Source: Alphaproteobacteria bacterium
GTDB taxonomy: Bacteria > Pseudomonadota > Alphaproteobacteria > GCA-2731375
Assembly (NCBI GenBank): GCA_965225945.1
Contig: CBDDBZ010000031.1
Coordinates: forward strand, 201,561 to 265,560
DNA length: 64,000 bases
Direction: 5' to 3'
A program made the position numbers and the translations under genes. The number at the start of each line of letters is the position of its first letter. Positions within the stretch are counted from its first letter, which is position 1. The notes below the pieces were generated by a model that was not told the origin of the DNA, searched no databases, and saw nothing but the letters and a program-made list of their open reading frames with translations. Positions 48,758-58,614 of the stretch are shown here, one piece after another.

Positions 48758-50347
48758 ATGTCCCAGTCGATGGAACTCGAGCGCTTGGCCAAGGAAGGTC
48801 GGATCTCGCGGCGTGAGTTCATGTCTCGCGCGGCGGCGGCGGGCCTGACGACGGCCATGGCGACCTCGCTGATGAGCGGGACCGCGCTCTCGGCGCCCAT
48901 GAAGGGCGGCAAGTGGCGCATGGGCACCGCGCACGGTCACACGACGGATACGCTCGATCCCGGCCAGTTCGCCAACGGCGGCATCAACCTAATCGGCTAT
49001 GCGCTCCGTAACCATCTGACCGAGGTGGACAACACCGGAAAGCTGGTGCCGGAACTGGCGGAGAGCTGGTCGGCCTCGGGCGACGCCGCGCAGTGGACCT
49101 TCACGCTTCGCCAGGGGGTCGAGTTCCACAACGGCAAGACCATGGACGTCAACGACGTCATCGCCTCGATCAACCATCACCGGGGCGAGACCAAGTCGGC
49201 GGCGAAGCCGATCCTGGCGGCGGTCAAGGAGCTGAAGGCCGACGGCATGGACAAGGTCGTGTTCACGCTGGAGGGCGGCAACGCCGACTTCCCCTTCATC
49301 TTGAGCGACTATCACGTGGCGATCATGCCGGCGAATTCCGACGGCACGGTCGACTGGCGCTCGGGCATCGGCACCGGCGGCTACACGCTGCAAGGCTTCG
49401 AGCCGGGCATCCGCATGACCGGCAAGCGCAATCCGAACTACTGGAAGGAAGGACGAGCCAACTTCGACGAGATCGAGATCCTGACCATCGCCGACGTCGC
49501 GGCGCGGATCGACGCGCTGATCACCGGCGAGATCGATTCCATGGACCGGGTCGACCTGAAGACCGTGCATCTGCTGAAGCCGCGCGAGAACATCAAGATC
49601 GAGGAGGTCACGGGCACGCTCCACTACACCGTCCCGATGCACATGGACGTGGCGCCGTTCGACAACCACGACGTGCGGATGGCGCTGAAACTCGCCATCG
49701 ACCGCGAGAAGCTGTTGAAGACCATCTTGGGCGGCCACGGCGTGCTGGGCAACGATCACCCGATCAGCACCGCCAACCGTTATCACGCGAGCAACTTGCC
49801 GCAGCGTACCTACGACATCGACAAGGCCAAGTACCACCTGAAGAAGGCGGGTCTCGGTAAGCTCGAGGTAAATCTTTCCGCCGCCGACGCCGCCTTCGCC
49901 GGCGCGGTCGACGCCGCCGTCCTCTACAAGGAGCACGCGGCGCCGGCCGGCATCGCGATCACCGTGGTGCGGGAGCCCAACGACGGCTACTGGTCCAACG
50001 TTTGGCTGAAGAAGCCCTGGGCCATGGTCTATTGGGAGGGGCGGGCGACCGAGGACTGGATGTTCTCCCAGGCCTATGCCCGAGGCGCGGACTGGAACGA
50101 ATCCCATCTCGACCACGCCAGGTTCAACAAACTGCTGATCGCGGCGCGGGCAGAGCTCGACGAGCCCAAGCGGCGCGAGATGTATGTCGAGATGCAGTGC
50201 ATCGTCCGCGACGAGGGCGGCACCGTGGTGCCGATGTTCGCCAACTTCGTCCTCGCCAGCTCGAAAAAGGTCGCGCACGACAAGTCGATGGCGGGGAACT
50301 GGGACATGGACGGCTCCAAGGCCGCCGAGCGGTGGTGGTTCGGTTGA
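48758..50347 (+). CDS. Orphan family 5 ABC substrate-binding protein (Tat signal)
   Basis: SRREFM, DTLDPG and EPNDGYWSNVW; paralog of 42392-44035. Confidence 0.92.
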   Translation: MSQSMELERLAKEGRISRREFMSRAAAAGLTTAMATSLMSGTALSAPMKGGKWRMGTAHGHTTDTLDPGQFANGGINLIGYALRNHLTEVDNTGKLVPELAESWSASGDAAQWTFTLRQGVEFHNGKTMDVNDVIASINHHRGETKSAAKPILAAVKELKADGMDKVVFTLEGGNADFPFILSDYHVAIMPANSDGTVDWRSGIGTGGYTLQGFEPGIRMTGKRNPNYWKEGRANFDEIEILTIADVAARIDALITGEIDSMDRVDLKTVHLLKPRENIKIEEVTGTLHYTVPMHMDVAPFDNHDVRMALKLAIDREKLLKTILGGHGVLGNDHPISTANRYHASNLPQRTYDIDKAKYHLKKAGLGKLEVNLSAADAAFAGAVDAAVLYKEHAAPAGIAITVVREPNDGYWSNVWLKKPWAMVYWEGRATEDWMFSQAYARGADWNESHLDHARFNKLLIAARAELDEPKRREMYVEMQCIVRDEGGTVVPMFANFVLASSKKVAHDKSMAGNWDMDGSKAAERWWFG

Positions 50348-50398
50348 GGGAATAGGCTCGCCCGGGACTTTGCTCGTTGTTATGAGCGAGACCGCCGT

Positions 50399-52105
50399 CT
50401 ACCGCCCGGCGACGATGCCCTCGCGCCGGGGATCGGCGCCGCCCAGCAGGCGTCCGTCGCGGATCACAATCGCGTGCAAGCCGCTGCCGAGCGGGCGAAC
50501 CTTCACCTCGTGGCCGCGCGCGCGCAGGGCGCCCGCCCAGCCTGCCGCCACTGTCCCCGCCTCCAGCTCCAGCGCCTTGCCGTTGCGATGCAGGATATGG
50601 CCTTGGGCCACGGCCGCCTGGGGCGCCATGCCCCAATCCAGGATCGCGATCAGCGCCTGCGCGACATAGGCGATGATGCGGCTGCCGCCGGGCGAGCCGA
50701 TCAGCAGCAGCGGCCGGCCGTCCTCCAGCACGATGGTCGGCGACATCGAGCTTCGGGGCCGCTTGCCGCCTTCCACCCGGTTGGCGACCGGCCGGCCCTC
50801 GCGCGTCGGGTGGAAGTCGAAATCGGTCAGCTCGTTGTTCAGCAGGAATCCCGCCGCCATCACCCGGCTTCCGAAACCGCTTTCGATCGTTGTGGTCATG
50901 GAGAGTGCGTTGCCGGCGGAATCGCGGATGACGAAATGGCTGGTGCCGGCGCCCTCGCGCGGATCGCCCGAAGGGGGCCGCCAGGTCTTCTTCGCGGGCG
51001 GCGTCCCGGCCTCGGCCTTGCCGCTGCTTCGGACGGGATCGATTCGCCTCGCCCGCTCGGCCAGGTAGCCGGCATCGAGCAGGCCCGCGACCGGCACCGC
51101 CACGAAGTCGGCGTCGCCCAAGTAGCGAGCGCGGTCGGCATAGGCGAGCTTTTCGGCCTCGGCGATCAGGTGCGCGCTCTCCGGCCCGGAGCCGAGGGCG
51201 GCGAGGTCGAAGCCCCGGAGCAGCCCCAGAATCTGCCCGACGGCGATGCCGCCCGAGGTCGGCGGGCCCATGCCGCAGACCTGGCGGCCGCGATAGTCGA
51301 GGCAGACCGCCGCGCGCTCGACGACCCGGTAGGCCGCCATGTCGTCGCGCGTGATGGTGGCGGGGCCGATGCTCGCCGCCGCCGCCGCCGCCACGATCGC
51401 CGCGGCGATCTCGCCCTCGTAGAAGGCGTCCGCGCCGTCGTTGGCCAGACGGCGCAAGGTCGCCGCATAGGCCGGGTTGCGGAGCCGCGTGCCGGCCGCC
51501 GGCGGGGCGCCGCCGGCGTCGAGGAAATACGCACTCGTCGCCGCGAAGCGGTCGAGCCCCCGGGCCTTGGCGATCGAGGCGGCGAGGCGGGGCGAGACCT
51601 CGAAGCCGTCCTTCGCGAGCCGCAGCGCCGGGCCGAACAGGTCTTTCCAGGGCCGTGTCCCGAAGCGGCGATGCAGCACCTCCAGCAGGCGAGGCGTGCC
51701 GGGAACGCCGACGGACTGGCCGCCGATCACGGCGCGCCAGAATTTCATGCCCTTGCCCTGGGCGTCGAGAAAGCGTTCCGGCCGGGCCAGGGCCGGCGCC
51801 GTCTCGCGAGCGTCGAAGGCGTGCAACGTCCGGCTTTCCGCCTCCCAGTAGAGCGCGAAGGCGCCGCCGCCGAGACCGGAGGATTGCGGCTCCACCAGGC
51901 CGAGCACGAGTTGCACCGCGACGGCTGCGTCGGCCGCCGTGCCGCCGGCCTCCAGGACCGCGATTCCGGCCTCGACGCCCGAGGGATGGGCCGCCACCAC
52001 CATATGGTTTTCCGCCGCCGTGGCCGGGGTGGTCAGAAGCGATGCTGCCAGCGCCGTAGCGAGGCGCCAAGCGCTTCGCGTCATGCCAAGTTCCGTCATC
52101 GTCAT
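50399..52105 (-). CDS. ggt: Gamma-glutamyltransferase
   Basis: EPQSSGLGGG, DARETAP, catalytic GTSHF, LNNELTDF and RSSMSPT...GSPGG. Confidence 0.95.
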   Translation of the reverse strand: MTMTELGMTRSAWRLATALAASLLTTPATAAENHMVVAAHPSGVEAGIAVLEAGGTAADAAVAVQLVLGLVEPQSSGLGGGAFALYWEAESRTLHAFDARETAPALARPERFLDAQGKGMKFWRAVIGGQSVGVPGTPRLLEVLHRRFGTRPWKDLFGPALRLAKDGFEVSPRLAASIAKARGLDRFAATSAYFLDAGGAPPAAGTRLRNPAYAATLRRLANDGADAFYEGEIAAAIVAAAAAASIGPATITRDDMAAYRVVERAAVCLDYRGRQVCGMGPPTSGGIAVGQILGLLRGFDLAALGSGPESAHLIAEAEKLAYADRARYLGDADFVAVPVAGLLDAGYLAERARRIDPVRSSGKAEAGTPPAKKTWRPPSGDPREGAGTSHFVIRDSAGNALSMTTTIESGFGSRVMAAGFLLNNELTDFDFHPTREGRPVANRVEGGKRPRSSMSPTIVLEDGRPLLLIGSPGGSRIIAYVAQALIAILDWGMAPQAAVAQGHILHRNGKALELEAGTVAAGWAGALRARGHEVKVRPLGSGLHAIVIRDGRLLGGADPRREGIVAGR

Positions 52106-52289
52106 TTCCCCCGCCGGCCCCGACGATGGCTTCGCGCCGTTCTGGGGTACCCCTTGACGATAGCACGCCTGTCGCTAGGCGCGCATATCGGCCGTGGCGA
52201 CGTCGGCGGCACGATTTGCCGGGCCGGCGAAATGGTCTATGACTCTGGGCGCCGGGTGGCCGATGGCGTCAAGGACAGGGAGTGGGGAG

Positions 52290-53366
52290 ATGGTGGCGAG
52301 AGGGGTGGCGATATTGGGTGCGGCGGCGGTGCTTGCGGCCTTCTGGCTGGCGGGGCCGGTGGCGGCGCAGGACCTCAAGGTCGGTTTCGTCTACGTCGGG
52401 CCGGTCGGCGATCACGGCTGGACCTATCGCCACGACATCGGCCGGAGAGCGATCGAGGAGGCGCTGGGGGCCAAGGTCAAGACCAGCTTCGTCGAGAACG
52501 TCAAGGAAGGCCCCGACGCCGAGCGGGTGATCAACCAGTTGGCCAAGAGCGGCCACGGCCTGATCTTCACCACCTCCTTCGGCTTCATGAACCCGACCCT
52601 CAAGGCGGCCAAGCGCCATCCCAAGGTGAGGTTCGAGCACGCCACCGGCTACAAGCGGGGCGGCAACCTCTCGACCTACATGGCCCGCTTCTATGAGGGC
52701 CGCTACGTCGCCGGCGTGATCGCCGGCAAGATGACCAAGACCAACACCATCGGCTATGTCGCCTCCTTCCCGATTCCCGAGGTCGTGCGCGGCATCAACG
52801 CGCTGATGCTGGGCGCCCGCTCGGTCAATCCGGAGGTCAAGATCAAGGTGGTCTGGGTCTCCACCTGGTACGACCCGGGCAAGGAGGGCGACGCGGCCAA
52901 GGCGCTGATCGACCAGGGCGCCGACATCATCACCCAACACACCGACAGCCCGGCCCCGCTGCAGGTCGCCGAGCGGCGCGGCGTCAAGGGCTTCGGCCAA
53001 GCCTCCGACATGATCGCCTTCGCGCCCAAGGCGCAGCTCACCGCGATCATCGACAACTGGGACGGCTACTACGTCGCCCGGGCCAAGGCGGTGCTCGACG
53101 GCAAGTGGACCGCCGGCGACACTTGGGGCGGCATGGCCCAGGGCATGGTCGAGATGGCGCGCTATACCAACATGGCCGATGACGTGGCGGCGCTGGCGGC
53201 CTCGACCGCGGCCAAGATCACTGCCGGCACATTGCATCCCTTCCAGGGTCCGATCCGCGATCAGAAGGGCAAGGCGGTGGTCGCCGAGGGCGCGCGGCTG
53301 GGCGACGGCAAGCTCCTGGGCATGGACTGGTATGTCGAGGGCGTCGAGGGCGAGCTGCCGAAATAG
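52290..53366 (+). CDS. BMP family ABC substrate-binding protein (purine nucleoside type)
   Basis: KVGFVYVGPVGDHGW, TTSFG, FEHATG and QHTDSPA. Confidence 0.93.
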   Translation: MVARGVAILGAAAVLAAFWLAGPVAAQDLKVGFVYVGPVGDHGWTYRHDIGRRAIEEALGAKVKTSFVENVKEGPDAERVINQLAKSGHGLIFTTSFGFMNPTLKAAKRHPKVRFEHATGYKRGGNLSTYMARFYEGRYVAGVIAGKMTKTNTIGYVASFPIPEVVRGINALMLGARSVNPEVKIKVVWVSTWYDPGKEGDAAKALIDQGADIITQHTDSPAPLQVAERRGVKGFGQASDMIAFAPKAQLTAIIDNWDGYYVARAKAVLDGKWTAGDTWGGMAQGMVEMARYTNMADDVAALAASTAAKITAGTLHPFQGPIRDQKGKAVVAEGARLGDGKLLGMDWYVEGVEGELPK

Positions 53367-53403
53367 CCGCGAGGGAAATTCGCGCAAGCGGGGACGAGAC
53401 GAG

Positions 53404-54234
53404 ATGGCCGGAAGTCTTTCCAGCGACGAGGTCGAGCGTTACCGGCGGGACGGCATCCTGGCGCCGTTGCCGGTGCTGCCGACGGCGGAGGCGGCGGCCT
53501 GCCACGCTCGCTACCAGGCATTTCGGACCGAGCGTCCGGATGAGGCGAGGGCCATCTTTCGCGCCAAGCCGCATCTGCTGTTCCCCTGGATTTACGATTT
53601 GGTGCGCGATCCCCGGGTGCTGGACCCGGTGGAATCGATTCTCGGTCCCAACCTGCTGGCCTGGGGCACCAGCTTCTTCGCCAAGGAGGCCCATGATCCC
53701 GCCTACGTCACCTGGCATCAGGACTCGACCTACTGGGGGCTCGAGCCGCACGACATCCTGACCGCCTGGATCGCGCTGACGGCGAGCCGGCGCGAGAACG
53801 GCTGCATGCGCGTGGTGCCGGGAAGCCATCGGGGCGGACAGATCGCCCACCGCGACACCTTCGCCGCCGACAACATACTCAGCCGGGGTCAGGAGCTCGA
53901 GGTCGAGGTCGACGAGGCCGATGCCCGCGACGTGGCCTTGGCGCCGGGTGAGATGTCGCTGCACCACGTGGGGATCGTGCACGGTTCGGAGCCCAACCAG
54001 AGCGAGCTGCCCCGGGTCGGCTTTGTGATCCGCTACATTCCGAGCCATGTGCGCCAATCGGGTGGCCGGACGACGGCCACGTTGGCGCGCGGCGTGGACG
54101 AATTTGACCACTTCGACCTGGAACCGCGCCCCCAAGGCGAGTGCGCGCCGGCGGCGCGCGCCTATCGCGACGCCTCCCTCGCCGCGACCGCCAGCGTGCT
54201 GATGGACGGCGCGGCGGAGAACCGGGTCTACTAG
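53404..54234 (+). CDS. Phytanoyl-CoA dioxygenase (PhyH) family protein
   Basis: WHQDSTYW, ENGCMRVVPGSH and HGSEPN...R. Confidence 0.92.
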   Translation: MAGSLSSDEVERYRRDGILAPLPVLPTAEAAACHARYQAFRTERPDEARAIFRAKPHLLFPWIYDLVRDPRVLDPVESILGPNLLAWGTSFFAKEAHDPAYVTWHQDSTYWGLEPHDILTAWIALTASRRENGCMRVVPGSHRGGQIAHRDTFAADNILSRGQELEVEVDEADARDVALAPGEMSLHHVGIVHGSEPNQSELPRVGFVIRYIPSHVRQSGGRTTATLARGVDEFDHFDLEPRPQGECAPAARAYRDASLAATASVLMDGAAENRVY

Positions 54235-54608
54235 AGGAAGGTCGCCGTGCTGTCGGCCAGCGTCACGGTGATATGGCCCATAGTGGTGTCGGCGCGGGCG
54301 CCGTGCCAGTGCCGCTCGCCCGACTTGATGTGCACCACGTCGCCGACGGCGATCGCGATCTCCTCGGCCTCGTTGGCGACCATGCCCTCGCCCGAGGTGA
54401 CGATCAGGATCTGATCGCAGTCGTGTAGGTGCCAGCCGGTGGTCGATCCGAGGCTGAAGTTCACCACGCTGCATTTGTAGTTGGGCGATTCCCCCTCGCC
54501 GATGATGGTCTGTCGGGACCGCGTCACCGAGCCGCCGGTCCAGCCGGCGATCGGCGTCGCCTCGCCCAAGTCCTCGTGGGGAATGTCGTCCAATCGGGTC
54601 ACCCGCAT
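54231..54608 (-). CDS. Cupin domain protein
   Basis: WHLHDCDQIL...GDVVHI...HWHGA. Confidence 0.88.
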   Translation of the reverse strand: MRVTRLDDIPHEDLGEATPIAGWTGGSVTRSRQTIIGEGESPNYKCSVVNFSLGSTTGWHLHDCDQILIVTSGEGMVANEAEEIAIAVGDVVHIKSGERHWHGARADTTMGHITVTLADSTATFL

Positions 54609-54775
54609 GATCTCGCTCCTTTCCCGTCCTCGAAGCGACAGTGTAGCGCCCCTTGGGCGCCAGCTCGAATGCTGACCCTGGCGCTCACCCCGACGTTACC
54701 GGATCGCCTTGCTTTCACCGCAATTGAGCGCGAGCCTTGCCGGCGTTGTCCCTTCCTCGATCGAGTTGACCCCCC

Positions 54776-57700
54776 ATGCGGTCTCTTCTCCTCTGCCTTC
54801 TGCTCCTCGTCCCCCTCGCCGGTGCCGCGGCTCAAAGCGAGCCGGCCGAACGGCTGATCGATCCGGCCTTCCGGGTGCCCGACCATTCGGGCGCCACGGC
54901 GCGGCTCCGCGACCGCTTTCGCGCCCTGGCCGAGCGCCTCCGCGACATGGAGGCGGGGCGGGCGGCCCAAGGGGTCGACGAACGGTTGCGCGAGCTGTTC
55001 CTACCGGATCGGCCGCGCGAATTTCGCAGCAACTACGCCCTGGAGCTTCGCATCGACGAGCAGCCGACGGCGCATCCGTTGTGGCTCGATCTGGCCCGAC
55101 GCTATCTGAAGCAGGGCCGGCTGGACGATGCGGCGTCGGCCGCCCATCGGGTCTATCTGGAGGCGCCGGCGAAGCCCGCCCGGGCGAATGCGCTCGACGT
55201 CATGGCGGAGGCGGCGCTCGCGGCGGAGCGGCCGGGCGAGGCGATCAACCTAATTTGCCAGGCTCTCGCCCTCGCCAAGACCGGCAACCGCCAGCGTCGC
55301 CTTGGCGTGCTGGTCGAGCGCTATGAGCTCCGGATCAAGGACATCGCGCTCGACGTCGAGCGGCGGCGGCCGAGCGCCTGCGTCGTCTTCTCGCAGCCGC
55401 TGGCAGCCGCGATGCGCCGCGCGCCCGAGGACTATGCCGCCCTGGAGCCGGCGCAGGACGTCGACGTCGCGGCGCGGGAGAATCAGATCTGCTTCAATGG
55501 CCTCGCCCACGGCGCCGACCTCACCATCGTGGTCAAGCCCGGCGTGCGCGGCACTAAGGGCGGGCGGCTCTACCAGGAGGCCCGGCGGCGTTTCACGGTG
55601 CCGGATCGGGCCAAGCGGATCACGCTATCCAAGCGGACCTACGTGCTGCCGCTGTCGCGCCGCGACCGGGTGGCGATCACCACCGTCAACCTCGCGTCGG
55701 CCCGGCTGGCGCTCTACCGGATCGCCGACCGCAACCTCGCCAATGCCGTCGTCTCCGGTATGCTGCGCGACGATCTCTACGCCGGCAACGAGAACCAGCT
55801 CGGCCAGACCCTCGGCGCCGAGGTCTGGTCGGGAACGCTGGAGATCCGCAAAGAGCGCAACCGCGAGGTGGTGACGCTGCTGCCGTTGGCGGAAGTCCTG
55901 GTCGACCGGGCGCCCGGCGTCTATGCGCTCGTCGCGCGCGATCCCGAAGAGGACCAGCGCCGCGCCCGGGATCGACACGCGACCCAATGGCTGGTCGTCA
56001 CCGACCTCGCGATGACCAGCTTCCAGGGGACCGACGGGTTTCTGGTCGTGCTCACTCGTTGGAGCACACGACCGCGGTGCCCGGGGCGAGGCTGAGCCTC
56101 GTCGCCCGCAACAACACCGTCCTCGCCGAGGCGAGGACGGACGAGCGCGGCATCGCCCGTTTCGCGCCGGGCCTGATGCGCGGCAAGGGGGGAAATCGCC
56201 CGCTGCTGCTGACCGCCCGGACCGAAGCCGGCGATTATAACTTCCTTCGCCTCGATGGCGGCCAGCTCGATCTCTCCGACCGGGGCGTCGGCGGGCGCGC
56301 GGCGCCGGCCGGCGCGGACGCCTTCCTCTATCCCGAGCGCGGTGTCTACCGGCCGGGCGAGACGGTACGGCTGAGCGCCTTGCTGCGCGATTCCAACGCG
56401 CGCGCCATGGGCGGCCTGCCGCTGACCGTGAAGGTGGTGCGGCCGGGCGGCACGGTGATGTTCGAGAAGGTGGCGATGGGCGACGCACTCGGCGGCTACG
56501 GCCTCGACATCCCGCTTTCCTCCGGCGCCCGGGCCGGCTCCTGGACCGCCAGCGCCTATCTCGACACCGAGGCGGCGGCGGTCGGCCAGGTCAGCTTCCA
56601 GGTCGAGGATTTTGTGCCCCGGCGGCTGGCCGTGACGGCGACCACCGAGACCAAGACCGCCGCTGTCGGCGAGGAGATCGAGGTCGGCGTCGAGGGCCGT
56701 TTCTTCTATGGCGCGCCGGCCGCCGACCTCGAGGTCAAGGTCGGCCTGACCCTGCTGCGCGCGGCGACACCGTTCGCCGGCTGGGAGGACTATATCTTCG
56801 GCCTGGCGCAGGAGTCGTTCCGGCCGGTCCGCCGCACCCTGAAGGCGCCGCGCACGGACGGCGAGGGGCGCGCCACGGTTCGCTTTCGCCTCGACGAGTT
56901 GCCCGATACCTCCCATCCGCTGATGGCCGAGATCAGGGTCGAGCTGATCGACGTCGGCGGCCGCGCGGTGCCGACGCGGCTCAGATTGCCGATCCGCGCC
57001 CGCGAGATCGAGGTCGGGCTTCGGCCGCGCCAGCCAGGCGCGCTCGGCCCCGGCGACATCGCCACATTCGACCTCGTCGCGCTCGATGCGCGCGGGCGCC
57101 CGGTGCCGGGGCGCCGTCTGGTCGTGCACTGGATCCGCGAGCACCACGACTACGGCTGGTATCGCCACGGGAAGCAATGGCGAACCCGGGTCACGGTGAC
57201 CGACGAGGTGGTCTCGGCCGACGAGGTTGTGCTGGACGCCCAGGGCAAGGCGACGATCGAGCGAGGACTGCCGCGCGGTCGCTGGCGCCTCGAGATCGCC
57301 GACGCCGACGGCGGCTCCGCCGCCAGCCAGCGCTTCCATGTCGGCTGGTGGGCCTCCTCCCGCCTGCCGAATGTGCCGGACGCGCTGGAGCTGTCGCTGA
57401 TCGCCAAGGATCTGCGCGACGGGGAGATGCTCCGCGCCTTCGTCAAGGCGCCCTTCGCTGGCACCGCGCTCGTCGTGGTGATGAGCGACCGGCTGCATCA
57501 TCTCTCGACCGTGGCGCTGCCCGAGTCCGGGGCCGAGATCGAGATCCCGGTCTCGCGCGACTGGGGTCCAGGCGCCTATCTGATGGTGACGGCGCTTAGG
57601 CCCGAGGCCGCCGGCCAGGGCTTTTTGCCGAGGCGGTCCATGGGCCTCGCCTGGTTTTCGATCGACGCCGCGCGGCGCCGGGTGGGGATCGAGTTCGAGG

Positions 57701-58614
57701 TGCCGGAGGCCGCCCGGCCCCGGCAGGCCGTCACCCTACCGATCAAGCTCGCCGGCGCCGGCCACGCGGGCGAGGCCATGAAGCTCACCATCGCCGCCGT
57801 CGACGAGGGTATCCTCTCGCTCACCGGCTTCGAGAGCCCCGACCCGCGCCGCCACTATCTGGGCCAGCGGCGCCTCGCCATGACCATTCGCGATCTCTAC
57901 GGCCACTTGGTGCCCGATGCCGAAGGCAGCTTCGGCCGGGTGCGGAGCGGTGGCGACATGGCGCTCGACAACGCTGCCGGCACGACGACGCGCACCGTCG
58001 AGAGCGTGGCGCTCTATCGCCGCGACGTGGTGCTGGACGAGAGCGGCCGGGGCGAGGTGACCCTGGAGCTGCCCGATTTCAACGGCCGCCTGCGATTGAT
58101 GGCCGTGGCTTACGGCGAAACGCTGGTGGGCGGCGGCGAGGCGGCGCTGGTGGTGCGCGATCCGATCGTCGCCGAGGTGGTGTTGCCGCGCTTCCTGGCG
58201 CCGGGCGACGAGGCGATCGCCAGCCTCAGCCTGCACAACCTCTCAGGGGCTGAGCGGGTGCTCGATGTCAGCTTCGATATCGCGGGCGGCATCGCACTCG
58301 CCGGCGCGCCGAGGCGGCGCGTGAGCCTCGCCGACGGCGAGCGTGTGGACCAGCAAATCGTCTTGTCGGCGAGCGAGGTGGGCGTCGCCGAGCTGCGCCT
58401 GCGGGTGAAACCCGACCAAGGTGCGGTGATCGAGCGGCGTTGGAAGATCGAGGTCCGCCCGGCCTGGTCGAAGGTGACGCGCCGTCACGTGACCGTGCTG
58501 GAAGGCGGCCGGACGCTCTCCGGCGCGGGTTTGGCGAGTGGCGAATTCCTTCCCGGCACGCTCGAGACCACGATCACCGTCGCGGCCCGGCCCGAATTCG
58601 ACGCGCCGGGTCTG
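54776..58614 (+). pseudogene. Bacterial alpha-2-macroglobulin (YfhM-like), 5' part; frameshift near 56050 and interrupted by group II introns at 58614/58615
   Basis: Signal peptide; QWLVVTD, DLSDRGVGGR, ERGVYRPGETV, VEDFVP, AAVDEGILSLTGF, LPDFNGRLRLMAVA and LPRFLAPGD. Ends FDAPGL at the intron. Confidence 0.88.
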
